This document shows positions 1 through 6,600 of a stretch of DNA of 36,416 nt, one piece after another (position 1 is the first letter of the stretch; every line of letters starts with the position of its first letter). The stretch is taken from the NCBI GenBank assembly GCA_044426425.1, contig JAWXUN010000001.1, positions 1 to 36,416 on the forward strand, given 5' to 3'. A program made the translations under genes and the position numbers. Below the pieces are notes generated by a model. It did not search any database. It was not told where the DNA came from and saw nothing but the letters and a program-made list of their open reading frames with translations. Source of the stretch: Clostridia bacterium (GTDB taxonomy: Bacteria > Bacillota > Clostridia > Oscillospirales > Acutalibacteraceae).

Positions 1-375
1 GAAATGGGCGAAACACTTGGCGACAAAGCTCCAAAAATCTTCAATGTTAACTGGTTCAGACTAGACGAAAACGGCAACTTTATGTGGCCTGGATTTGGCG
101 ACAACATGAGAGTTCTTGAGTGGATCATGAACAGATGTGAAGGTACAGTAGACGCTAAAGAAACAGCTATAGGTTATGTTCCAAATGCAGACGATATCAA
201 CCTTGACGGTCTATCAGACTTTACAAAAGCTGACCTAGAGAAAATCCTTGCAGTTGATAATGTTAAATGGGCTAAAGAAGCTGCTGGAGCAGAAGAATTC
301 TACACAAAATTCGGCGACAGACTACCAGCTGAACTTCGTGCAGAGTTAGATGCACTTAAAGCAAGAGTTCAATAA
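1..375 (+). CDS. pckG: GTP-dependent phosphoenolpyruvate carboxykinase, C-terminal fragment (5' end outside window)
   Basis: Frame is open from nt 1. ...KIFNVNWFRLDENGNFMWPGFGDNMRVLEWIMNRCEG... matches the conserved C-terminal block of GTP-PEPCKs (NWFRKD..G.FLWPGFGEN.RVLEW). TAA at 373-375 is followed by a terminator. Confidence 0.85.
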   Translation, partial: EMGETLGDKAPKIFNVNWFRLDENGNFMWPGFGDNMRVLEWIMNRCEGTVDAKETAIGYVPNADDINLDGLSDFTKADLEKILAVDNVKWAKEAAGAEEFYTKFGDRLPAELRAELDALKARVQ

Positions 376-392
376 TTTTATCTAAATAATTT

Positions 393-426
393 CAGCCACT
401 CTTATTTTTAGAGTGGCTGTTTTTTT
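393..426 (+). terminator. Rho-independent terminator of the PEPCK gene
   Basis: Perfect 9-bp stem cagccactc (393-401) / gagtggctg (411-419), 9-nt loop, then T-run 420-426. Confidence 0.8.
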
Positions 427-458
427 ATAAAACTACAAAAGAATTATCAAAAAAAACC

Positions 459-487
459 TTGACAACAAATCAAAAAAGTGGTAAAAT
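459..487 (+). promoter_or_regulatory. Sigma-70/SigA-type promoter for the tRNA-Leu gene
   Basis: TTGACA (459-464), 17-nt spacer, TAAAAT (482-487), with an extended -10 TG at 479-480. Lies about 24 nt upstream of the tRNA 5' end. Confidence 0.7.
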
Positions 488-510
488 ATACAAGTTGTTA
501 ATATACAACT

Positions 511-593
511 GCGGCAGTGCTGGAATGGCAGACAGGCACGTTTGAGGGGCGTGTGTCTACGACGTATGGGTTCAAGTCCCATTTGCCGCACCA
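511..593 (+). tRNA. tRNA-Leu (anticodon GAG), type II with long variable arm, CCA encoded
   Basis: Hand-folded cloverleaf. Acceptor is GCGGCAG/TTGCCGC (one G-U) and the D stem is CTG/CAG with a GG loop. The anticodon stem is CACGT/GCGTG with loop TTGAGGG (anticodon GAG, G37). The variable arm is GTC-TAC-GAC, the T arm is ATGGG-TTCAAGT-CCCAT, followed by discriminator A and CCA. Confidence 0.9.
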
Positions 594-647
594 AAGTAGG
601 TGTTTTTATAGGATTTAAGTATTCTGTAAGAACACTTACTTTTTTTA
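594..647 (+). terminator. Probable terminator downstream of tRNA-Leu
   Basis: Either an 11-bp stem aagtaggtgtt (594-604) / aacacttactt (631-641, one G-U), or a compact gtaag-aaca-cttac hairpin (626-639). Both are followed by T-run 640-647. Confidence 0.5.
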
Positions 648-655
648 TGTTTATT

Positions 656-678
656 GAGTAGCTTAGGCTACTCTTTTT
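656..678 (+). terminator. Second hairpin plus T-run at or near the chromosome/ICE junction
   Basis: gagtagc (656-662) ttag gctactc (667-673), then ttttt (674-678). Sits 18 nt from the recombinase stop codon. Confidence 0.45.
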
Positions 679-695
679 GTTTTTGCTAATTTCTT

Positions 696-2375
696 CTAGT
701 CGGTATCGTATTTCAAAACAACACCTTGTCTTGTAGGTATTTTAATGTTTGGAATGTCGATTGGAATATCTTTCGGAATGTCTATCACATCAACACAATT
801 ATAGTGAATAGTTATTTTTTGCTTTTTAATAGCATTTATTTTTTCAGCTTTGAATACTTCGATTTTTTCAATCAAATCATTTAGCATTCTTGTGTTTAGT
901 TTTTTTACTCGTGTATATTTCCGCACGGCTTTCAAAAAATCATCTGTTGTAGTTGATTGGTTTTCTATCTTTTTCATTTCCTTTTTCAAAAAAGAAATTT
1001 TCTCTTTTAGTTCTGCCTGTTCTTCTTCATATTTTGTAGACATTTTCTTAAAACGCTCGTCAGAAATTTTACCCTCTACATTATCTTCGTAAATTCGCTC
1101 AAATAGTACATCAAGTTGATTATATCTAGCCATAAGCTTTCTTAAGTCTTTTTCTTGCAAATCTAATTTAGATTGATTAGCGTTTGCGGTATAACCCATA
1201 ACCGCCTTTGTAAAAATATCTTCGTATTTTGTAGAATACTTTAATAATCTTTTTATTTCAGCAAATACAATTTGCTCTAAAAAGTCTACTCTTATGTAGT
1301 GTGTATCATTGCAAGTTCCACGATTTCCTTTATAGTTTGAACAACTAAAATATTTTATATCGTGATTACCTTGATTGAAATGATAGTGTAAATTGTGCCC
1401 ACAATCGCCACAAACTAGCAAACCAGAAAACATATTTTTTTCGCCATCTGCGGTTGGTTTGTTTCTTGTGCCTTTTTTGGTTTGGACTTTTTCAAAGATT
1501 TCTCGTGAAATAATAGGCTCGTGAACATTTTTAAATATCATCATATTTTCTACATCGTTATCGTATCTTTTCTTATTCTTGTATGATTTAGTATAAGTCT
1601 TGAAATTAATAACATCACCACAATATTCTTGAATGTTTAACATTTTAATTATTGTAGATGTATTCCAAAACCAAGGCTCATTTTTTGGTTGTGTTTTACG
1701 TGGTACAACTAAACCACGGTCTAACCAGTAAAAATATGGTGACAAGATTTTTTCGTTTGTTAGTTCTCCTGCTATTTGTGTTGTACCCATTCCATCTAAA
1801 TACATGGAGTATATTTTTCTAACTATGTTAGACGAATATTCATCTACTATCCATGATTTAGGATTTTCGGGGTTTTTTATATAGCCATAAGGCGGTTTGC
1901 CCATAGGCTCACCAGAAGTGCCTTTGATTTTGTTGCTTATCCGTCGTTTTTTGCTAATATCTTTTGCATACCACTCGTTGAACAAGTTGCGAATTGGTGT
2001 TAGTTCATTTTCACCCTCATCAGTATCAATATTATCAGATACTGCAATTAGCCGTATATCATTTTCGGGAAAAAATTCCTCTGTCAATCTGCCAACTTCA
2101 ATATAGTTCCGCCCAAGCCGTGACATATCTTTTACAAGAACTGCCGAAGCTTTTTTGTTTTCTATTTCATTCAACATTTTTTGTAGTCCTGTTCGTTTCA
2201 TTGTCACACCAGATACTCCGTCATCTATGAATGGGACTATATTTGTGTATCCTTTTGATTTTGCAACTGAGGTCAATAACTTTTTTTGATTACTTATACT
2301 GTAACTTTCACCATCTAGGTTATCATCTCTTGAAAGTCTAAGATATATGAAAGCTGTGTTTTCTGTCTTTTTCAT
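696..2375 (-). CDS. Large serine recombinase (TnpX/TndX/CcrB-like integrase)
   Basis: The N-terminal resolvase domain has the catalytic-Ser motif AFIYLRLSRDD and VKDMSRLGRN. It is followed by a recombinase domain, a zinc ribbon CGDCGHNLHYH...CSNYKGNRGTC and a C-terminal coiled coil. Start set at ATG 2375 (MKKTENTAF...), which has AAGGAG at 2381-2386. The ORF-track extension to 2447 runs through the promoter and inverted-repeat region. Confidence 0.9.
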   Translation of the reverse strand: MKKTENTAFIYLRLSRDDNLDGESYSISNQKKLLTSVAKSKGYTNIVPFIDDGVSGVTMKRTGLQKMLNEIENKKASAVLVKDMSRLGRNYIEVGRLTEEFFPENDIRLIAVSDNIDTDEGENELTPIRNLFNEWYAKDISKKRRISNKIKGTSGEPMGKPPYGYIKNPENPKSWIVDEYSSNIVRKIYSMYLDGMGTTQIAGELTNEKILSPYFYWLDRGLVVPRKTQPKNEPWFWNTSTIIKMLNIQEYCGDVINFKTYTKSYKNKKRYDNDVENMMIFKNVHEPIISREIFEKVQTKKGTRNKPTADGEKNMFSGLLVCGDCGHNLHYHFNQGNHDIKYFSCSNYKGNRGTCNDTHYIRVDFLEQIVFAEIKRLLKYSTKYEDIFTKAVMGYTANANQSKLDLQEKDLRKLMARYNQLDVLFERIYEDNVEGKISDERFKKMSTKYEEEQAELKEKISFLKKEMKKIENQSTTTDDFLKAVRKYTRVKKLNTRMLNDLIEKIEVFKAEKINAIKKQKITIHYNCVDVIDIPKDIPIDIPNIKIPTRQGVVLKYDTD

Positions 2376-2402
2376 TGTTACTCCTTTCTTTTTAAGACAG
2401 TT

Positions 2403-2433
2403 AGCAAGCGTTATATATATTATAACGCTTGCT
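2403..2433 (-). promoter_or_regulatory. 13-bp perfect inverted repeat just upstream of the recombinase RBS (operator or 5'-UTR hairpin)
   Basis: agcaagcgttata (2403-2415) / tataacgcttgct (2421-2433) with a 5-nt spacer. The minus strand reads GTTATAATATATATAAC, which contains TATAAT. Confidence 0.5.
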
Positions 2434-2495
2434 CTTGTCTTTGTCATGTTTCTAAAAGTGACTTTTCAATGTCGCTTTTTAACATTGTTAAGATT

Positions 2496-2528
2496 ATTTC
2501 ACTTAAACTTGGTTTTTCTAAGTGAAAT
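2496..2528. repeat. 10-bp perfect inverted repeat upstream of the recombinase gene
   Basis: atttcactta (2496-2505) / taagtgaaat (2519-2528) with a 13-nt loop. Confidence 0.4.
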
Positions 2529-3114
2529 TTAGGTGTAACAATAAATTCAGTATCGAAAAAAAGTATTTTTCCTCGTCTAAATCAATTTGTTTAATACTAT
2601 TTTGTAAAAGTGGTTTTGCTTTAGCATTTTGAATGGAAACGCACCTCCACTTTGATTTTTTTTAGGCTTTTATATCGAGTGTTTTTAGCTAAACATCATA
2701 ATTACAAATTTTGTAATTCCGTCTATTTTAATCGGCTTGACGGCTTAACGTGGGAGAAGTATCATTATACCTTGTGCTTTTCATCGCTCGAGTTTGCTAA
2801 ACTCTCTCTAATATTATCCATTTACTCGCTCTACCCTTGGAATATGTATATCCCTTTGAAATCATCGCTAATTAATCTTTTGTTTCAGACTAACAGGGTT
2901 CTCTTGGCGAATGCTTATTAAGCAGCTTGCACTTTTTGTGCACACAAGGAATGTCCTCGATATTTGTATTCAATTTTCAATGTTCTGTTCTTGGAAATAT
3001 TAAATTTCCTGCTTCTATTTTCTCATATTTTAGAAAAATTTCAAGTAGTAAAAATAAATTTAATATTTTGTTAATAATTTGAGATTTTTGAAAAACTAAA
3101 TATTTTCTTCTTTT

Positions 3115-3456
3115 TCACGATAAAAAACAGGCAAACAAGGTCTTTTTCTGTGTTCTAGTGACATACTCCCACCACCTACGCAAAAGCTTAGAGGTGGGGG
3201 CTTCTTGTTCGAATAAATAAAATGCATAACAATCACGAAACATTGCAAAATGTATACATTTTGCAAATTCTTCGTCTGTAACAGGCTTTCCCATTTTTTC
3301 ACAACAACGTGCAGTAAAATAATTTTGCCTTGACGCTTCTCCTAAGCTACCATGATATACTCCGCCACGTTCTAACCACTGGTCTTTAGTCATAACCAGT
3401 GGCTTTGACATTCTAAACTCTTTTGCTTCGGTTCTTTCTCTAATAATTGCTGACAT
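3115..3456 (-). CDS. Hypothetical protein (113 aa)
   Basis: ATG 3456 with GGAGG (3466-3470) 9 nt upstream. No family recognised. The 3' end is uncertain because the frame runs through a GC-rich hairpin at 3168-3200. Confidence 0.5.
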   Translation of the reverse strand: MSAIIRERTEAKEFRMSKPLVMTKDQWLERGGVYHGSLGEASRQNYFTARCCEKMGKPVTDEEFAKCIHFAMFRDCYAFYLFEQEAPTSKLLRRWWEYVTRTQKKTLFACFLS

Positions 3457-3469
3457 TTGAAAATTCCTC

Positions 3470-3997
3470 CTAAATTAATATAATTCTATTGACAAATATA
3501 TTATCTGTTGAAGTATTTGTTTGAAAAGTTAGGCTTTGCAAGCGATTTTCTTGTTCGCCTATCCCTGCTATTTCTTTACCCTTATAAAATATTGTATCAA
3601 CAATGGTTGCGTTAGCGTGAGCAGTAAATTCATTTTGACTATAAAGAGAAATCTGAGAATTATTATATGCTTCTATTGTTGCTTGTTCGTTTCCGATTAC
3701 ATGAGAATTATCGTATGCTTTTACTTTTGAGTTAGAGTAAGCCTCAACAAAGGCGTTATTATATGCTTCGATTTTTGTGTTTTTTTGTGTTACTACATGA
3801 GAATTATCGTACGCTTTTACCTTTTGAACATCAACAACTACGGCATAATACTTTTCATTGATTATTACTGTCGCTTGTGAAAAATTTTCTACGAATGATG
3901 GTGCTGAATGTTCTCCAAATTGAATTAATAATTCTCCTGTATAGTTTTTGTCCATGTAATCTAATTCGTTTTGATTTTTAATAATTAATTTTGTCAT
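3470..3997 (-). CDS. Octapeptide-repeat protein (xAYxNSxV repeats), probable beta-solenoid
   Basis: ATG 3997 lies behind the shared AAGAAAGAGGTAC leader. There are at least 7 consecutive 8-residue repeats: KAYDNSHV VTQKNTKI EAYNNAFV EAYSNSKV KAYDNSHV IGNEQATI EAYNNSQI. Confidence 0.6.
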   Translation of the reverse strand: MTKLIIKNQNELDYMDKNYTGELLIQFGEHSAPSFVENFSQATVIINEKYYAVVVDVQKVKAYDNSHVVTQKNTKIEAYNNAFVEAYSNSKVKAYDNSHVIGNEQATIEAYNNSQISLYSQNEFTAHANATIVDTIFYKGKEIAGIGEQENRLQSLTFQTNTSTDNIFVNRIILI

Positions 3998-4047
3998 TGC
4001 ATTGTACCTCTTTCTTAAATTTTCTAACTCTTTGCTTTTTTAAATTA

Positions 4048-4308
4048 CTATAACTCTTTTGGTAGTTTAGGTATTGGTCGCCAGTAAGTGACTGTTGGAT
4101 TTTCCCATTCTAAATAACCATCAATTTCCCATTCTTTGAAATTTTCATCATAGAAAGCTATACAAGTGGCATTTTCAAATATCATATTTTCAAAAGGACT
4201 CCCACTAACTAACACTAATACACATTTTTTTCCTTTTGGTAACCTATCCTTAACACTTACCCAATTATTTTGTTCCTGTTCTTCACGTTCTTGTTTTAAT
4301 TTTTTCAT
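4048..4308 (-). CDS. DUF551-like phage-type small protein (86 aa)
   Basis: NNWVSVKDRLPKGKKCVLV...VTYWRPIPKLPKE fits the DUF551 pattern (W[IV]SV.DRLP ... V.[HY]W.P.P.PP). SD GAGG lies in the conserved leader. Confidence 0.6.
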   Translation of the reverse strand: MKKLKQEREEQEQNNWVSVKDRLPKGKKCVLVLVSGSPFENMIFENATCIAFYDENFKEWEIDGYLEWENPTVTYWRPIPKLPKEL

Positions 4309-4336
4309 TGTTAGTACCTCTTTCTTAAATTTTCTT
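4256..4336. repeat. Copy 1 of two 31-nt exact repeat blocks (4256-4286 and 4306-4336)
   Basis: cttacccaattattttgttcctgttcttcac and cattgttagtacctctttcttaaattttctt recur identically at 4717-4747 and 4866-4896. A 22-nt core gtacctctttcttaaattttct also occurs at 4004-4025. Confidence 0.9.
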
Positions 4337-4337
4337 A

Positions 4338-4380
4338 ATAATACAACAAAAGCGTAATAAAGTCGAGGTTGTCGATTTTA
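4338..4380 (-). promoter_or_regulatory. Conserved promoter/operator-like module, copy 1
   Basis: The minus strand reads TAAAATCGACAACCTCGACT-N14-TTGTATTAT, giving TCGACT, a 17-nt spacer and TATTAT about 30 nt upstream of ATG 4308. A near-identical module with the same spacing is at 7359-7401. Confidence 0.5.
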
Positions 4381-4397
4381 TACGCTTTTGTTTTATT

Positions 4398-4868
4398 TTA
4401 CAAGTCACTAATTTTTTTAATTTCTAATATATTATTTGCATTACCAGTAAGACTGCATAACCAGTCTAATGATATATTACATTTTTTTGCAATATTAATC
4501 ATTCCCTCGGTAGTGGGCAAATTTTTATTGTTTTCATACATAGAAAGAGAAGGCTGTGGCACACCCAAAAATTCAGCAAATTCTGTCTGTGTATAGCCTA
4601 GATTTTTACGAGTTATTTGTAATCGTCCTCCAATTGACATAAGTTCACCACTATTTATTATCATTTCAGCTTTTTGGGGCAGGTTCGGTATTGGTTGCCA
4701 GTATGTGACTTTTACGCTTACCCAATTATTTTGTTCCTGTTCTTCACTTTCTTGTTTCTCTTGAAGTGCTTTAAAAACACTCTCTAGCAATTCGTAATCT
4801 GAACTATTCATATCACAGCCTGTTTGTAAATCTGCTATATAACGCATTGCTTGATTTAATTTTTCCAT
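4398..4868 (-). CDS. Chimeric XRE-family HTH protein carrying a collapsed DUF551-like segment
   Basis: The C-terminus IGGRLQITRKNLGYTQTEFAEFLGVPQPSLSMYENNKNLP is a Cro/C1 HTH. The middle reads EEQEQNNWVSVK|VTYWQPIPNLP, which is the two ends of the neighbouring DUF551-like gene without its core. Start set at ATG 4868 (MEKLNQ...) behind the same 31-nt leader as gene 4048-4308. Confidence 0.7.
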   Translation of the reverse strand: MEKLNQAMRYIADLQTGCDMNSSDYELLESVFKALQEKQESEEQEQNNWVSVKVTYWQPIPNLPQKAEMIINSGELMSIGGRLQITRKNLGYTQTEFAEFLGVPQPSLSMYENNKNLPTTEGMINIAKKCNISLDWLCSLTGNANNILEIKKISDL

Positions 4869-4896
4869 TGTTAGTACCTCTTTCTTAAATTTTCTT
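4717..4896. repeat. Copy 2 of the two 31-nt exact repeat blocks (4717-4747 and 4866-4896)
   Basis: Identical to 4256-4286 and 4306-4336. The blocks are 118 nt apart here versus 19 nt in copy 1. Confidence 0.9.
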
Positions 4897-5388
4897 TCAC
4901 AGATTTGAATATAAAATATTTTCATCTTCTCCATAATTTACAAAACATAAGATTAATTCTTCTAAAGTTGATGAATTGCTTGCACGGACTGGAGTATTAA
5001 GTTCTTCGCTTGTTAGTGAATTTAATATTTCGTCTAATTCTTTGCTGATTTTTTCACGGCTAAGTTTTAATTTTGTAAGTTTTTTGAAAATACGGGTGTT
5101 TCTTTTAGCAATTTCTTTTAAATATTTTGGTGTAGAAACTTGCATTTCAAGTAAGTAATCTAAACAAATACTATGCTGTTCGCCATTGGCAACTATAACT
5201 AAAACCTCAACTTCTGAATTTGACCAATAACCAATTAATTTACATTTTACAAAATTATCAGTACCAACTATATGATAAAAAAGTTGCTTCGGTATATTTG
5301 AAGTTTTAGGACTTAAATCTTTTTTGATTGAAAATTCTAAAACTTCATTTTGAGTTTCAAAATAAGTCATATTTACATCTTCATTCAT
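4897..5388 (-). CDS. Hypothetical protein (163 aa)
   Basis: ATG 5388 preceded by AGAAAGAGG. Co-oriented and tightly packed with its neighbours. No family recognised. Confidence 0.55.
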   Translation of the reverse strand: MNEDVNMTYFETQNEVLEFSIKKDLSPKTSNIPKQLFYHIVGTDNFVKCKLIGYWSNSEVEVLVIVANGEQHSICLDYLLEMQVSTPKYLKEIAKRNTRIFKKLTKLKLSREKISKELDEILNSLTSEELNTPVRASNSSTLEELILCFVNYGEDENILYSNL

Positions 5389-5409
5389 TTACAAATACCT
5401 CTTTCTTTT

Positions 5410-5745
5410 TTACGTATCTGTTTCAACTATGTATAACATTAAAAGGTCATCTAAATAATCTTCAATTACACAATTTTTACAAATTAATTTACCATCAAAC
5501 TTATATCCATAACAATCCAACCACTCACCACATTTTTCACAATAAACCTTTTTTAGATTAACTAATAATGAAATATTTATTTGAAAAATATTTGATAATT
5601 TTTGCAATTGCTCTAATTTTGGATTTCTGTCACCTGCTTCATATTTGCGTATTGAAATTTCACTTATTTCAGAAATTTCAGCTAACTTTTTTTGAGTTAA
5701 ATTGTTTTGAGTTCTAAAAAACTTTATTTTTTCGCCAATTGTCAT
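5410..5745 (-). CDS. XRE-family HTH regulator with C-terminal zinc ribbon (111 aa)
   Basis: IGEKIKFFRTQNNLTQKKLAEISEISEISIRKYEAGDRNP is a Cro/C1 HTH. CEKCGEW...CKNC is a 4-Cys ribbon. ATG 5745 is 2 nt after the upstream stop, with GAGG 7 nt upstream. Confidence 0.75.
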   Translation of the reverse strand: MTIGEKIKFFRTQNNLTQKKLAEISEISEISIRKYEAGDRNPKLEQLQKLSNIFQINISLLVNLKKVYCEKCGEWLDCYGYKFDGKLICKNCVIEDYLDDLLMLYIVETDT

Positions 5746-5747
5746 TA

Positions 5748-6599
5748 TTAAACCTCTTCTTCTTCAATAGTATTGTTACTGCCACACCACATACAAAATT
5801 TAGGATACTCACCATTGGTATCTGCGTTATAAGGCATTGACCTGCAACAATTACAACAAGTTACTTCATTTAACTGTTTTGAAACGTGCCATTTGGCTTG
5901 TTTATATTTATAGACATTTATATCGGATAATATTTTATTGTTATTTTGTAAAGTTATTCCATAGTCATCTAATAACTTTACTCGAATTTCCTCTAATGAT
6001 TTCCCACCCATATTTCGGACTTTTTCTAGTCCATCTAAGCCTGTATCTCGAATATCTTGAATTGTGTAAATACCGCTTCTAACTAAAAGATTATAGGTTC
6101 GTACTGAAAAATTTAATTTTTCGACTGGTGTGCTTGTTGGCTTAGAAAGCTTTTTTTCAGAACTCTCGATATTAATAAAATCTTTTAGCATATTTTCTCT
6201 ATTTTTGAGTTGCAGAGTTAAATGCTCGTTGTAAATTGTTTCTTTTTCAAGTTGTTCTTCAAGAAATTTTATTTTCTGTTCAAAATTTTCTTTTGCATAC
6301 ACTGTAAGTCCTTTTAATAATTTGTTGGCTCTATTCGTCCATCTCAATTTACGCAATGCTTTAGCTTCGACCTGCCTAATTCTCTCCCTTGTAATTTCAT
6401 ATAATTTTCCAGTTTCGACAAGACTTAAGTTTTCAACATAACGTCTATCTAAAACTTCTTGTTCACGTTCTGTAAGTTCCATTAGAACAACTGCAAGTGT
6501 TTCTTCTGCATCTGCTGGCATTTCTATAAGTCTGCCAAAAATGGCAACATATAAATTTTCGGGATATGCTAATTCTTCTGTGTTATAATTTTTAATCAT
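5748..6599 (-). CDS. Sigma-70 region 4 + RNAP alpha-subunit C-terminal-domain-like + zinc-ribbon fusion protein (283 aa)
   Basis: LTEREQEVLDRRYVENLSLVETGKLYEITRERIRQVEAKALRKLR is sigma region 4. VEKLNFSVRTYNLLVRSGIYTIQDIRDTGLDGLEKVRNMGGKSLEEIRVKL is an alpha-CTD-like helix-hairpin-helix. CCNCC...CMWCG is the ribbon. Confidence 0.75.
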   Translation of the reverse strand: MIKNYNTEELAYPENLYVAIFGRLIEMPADAEETLAVVLMELTEREQEVLDRRYVENLSLVETGKLYEITRERIRQVEAKALRKLRWTNRANKLLKGLTVYAKENFEQKIKFLEEQLEKETIYNEHLTLQLKNRENMLKDFINIESSEKKLSKPTSTPVEKLNFSVRTYNLLVRSGIYTIQDIRDTGLDGLEKVRNMGGKSLEEIRVKLLDDYGITLQNNNKILSDINVYKYKQAKWHVSKQLNEVTCCNCCRSMPYNADTNGEYPKFCMWCGSNNTIEEEEV

Positions 6600-6600
6600 T

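Noticed and set aside
850-2230. Plus-strand ORFs antisense to the recombinase gene (850-1092, 1897-2106, 1994-2230), and similar antisense ORFs throughout the window (for example 12196-12525, 16531-16791, 17209-17520, 17683-18177, 26881-27147, 35457-35885).
   Set aside because: Their translations are F/L/S/I/C-rich and low in complexity, which is typical of the antisense of AT-rich genes. I noticed no SD signal or recognisable motif. Each lies wholly inside a well-supported minus-strand gene.
2376-2447. N-terminal ORF-track extensions: 2376-2447 (recombinase), 4869-4934, 8371-8403, 21786-21818, 27924-27944 and 31943-31969.
   Set aside because: In each case an internal start has a much better SD and spacing. 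The extension runs through a promoter, terminator or upstream gene, or begins with TTG or GTG. Shorter starts were adopted, but they remain unverified.
2506-2662. Minus-strand frame of about 47 codons behind a strong GGAGGTG (IQNAKAKPLLQNSIKQIDLDEEKYFFSILNLLLHLNFT).
   Set aside because: The only codon at a suitable distance is ATT, and there is no ATG, GTG or TTG in frame. It might be a tiny ATT-initiated gene (an RDF-like protein?), but I cannot support that from sequence alone.
2652-2921. 89-aa plus-strand ORF in the ORF-free region.
   Set aside because: It has no SD, a junk-like composition (LYRVFLAKHHNYKFCNSVYF...), and runs opposite to every other gene in the element. The region is treated as non-coding or possible ncRNA instead.
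3168-3200. GC-rich hairpin (cccaccacct / aggtggggg, 9 bp with one bulge) inside the end of CDS 3115-3456.
   Set aside because: No T-run follows it on the minus strand, so it is not a clear terminator, and a single copy is not a repeat family. It is noted only because it makes the true 3' end of that CDS uncertain.
3096-3302. 68-aa alternate-frame ORF overlapping the 3' half of gene 3115-3456.
   Set aside because: No SD, and the product is implausible (PPPLSFCVGGGS runs through the GC-rich hairpin). Unlike the TnpV-like case it shows no family resemblance.
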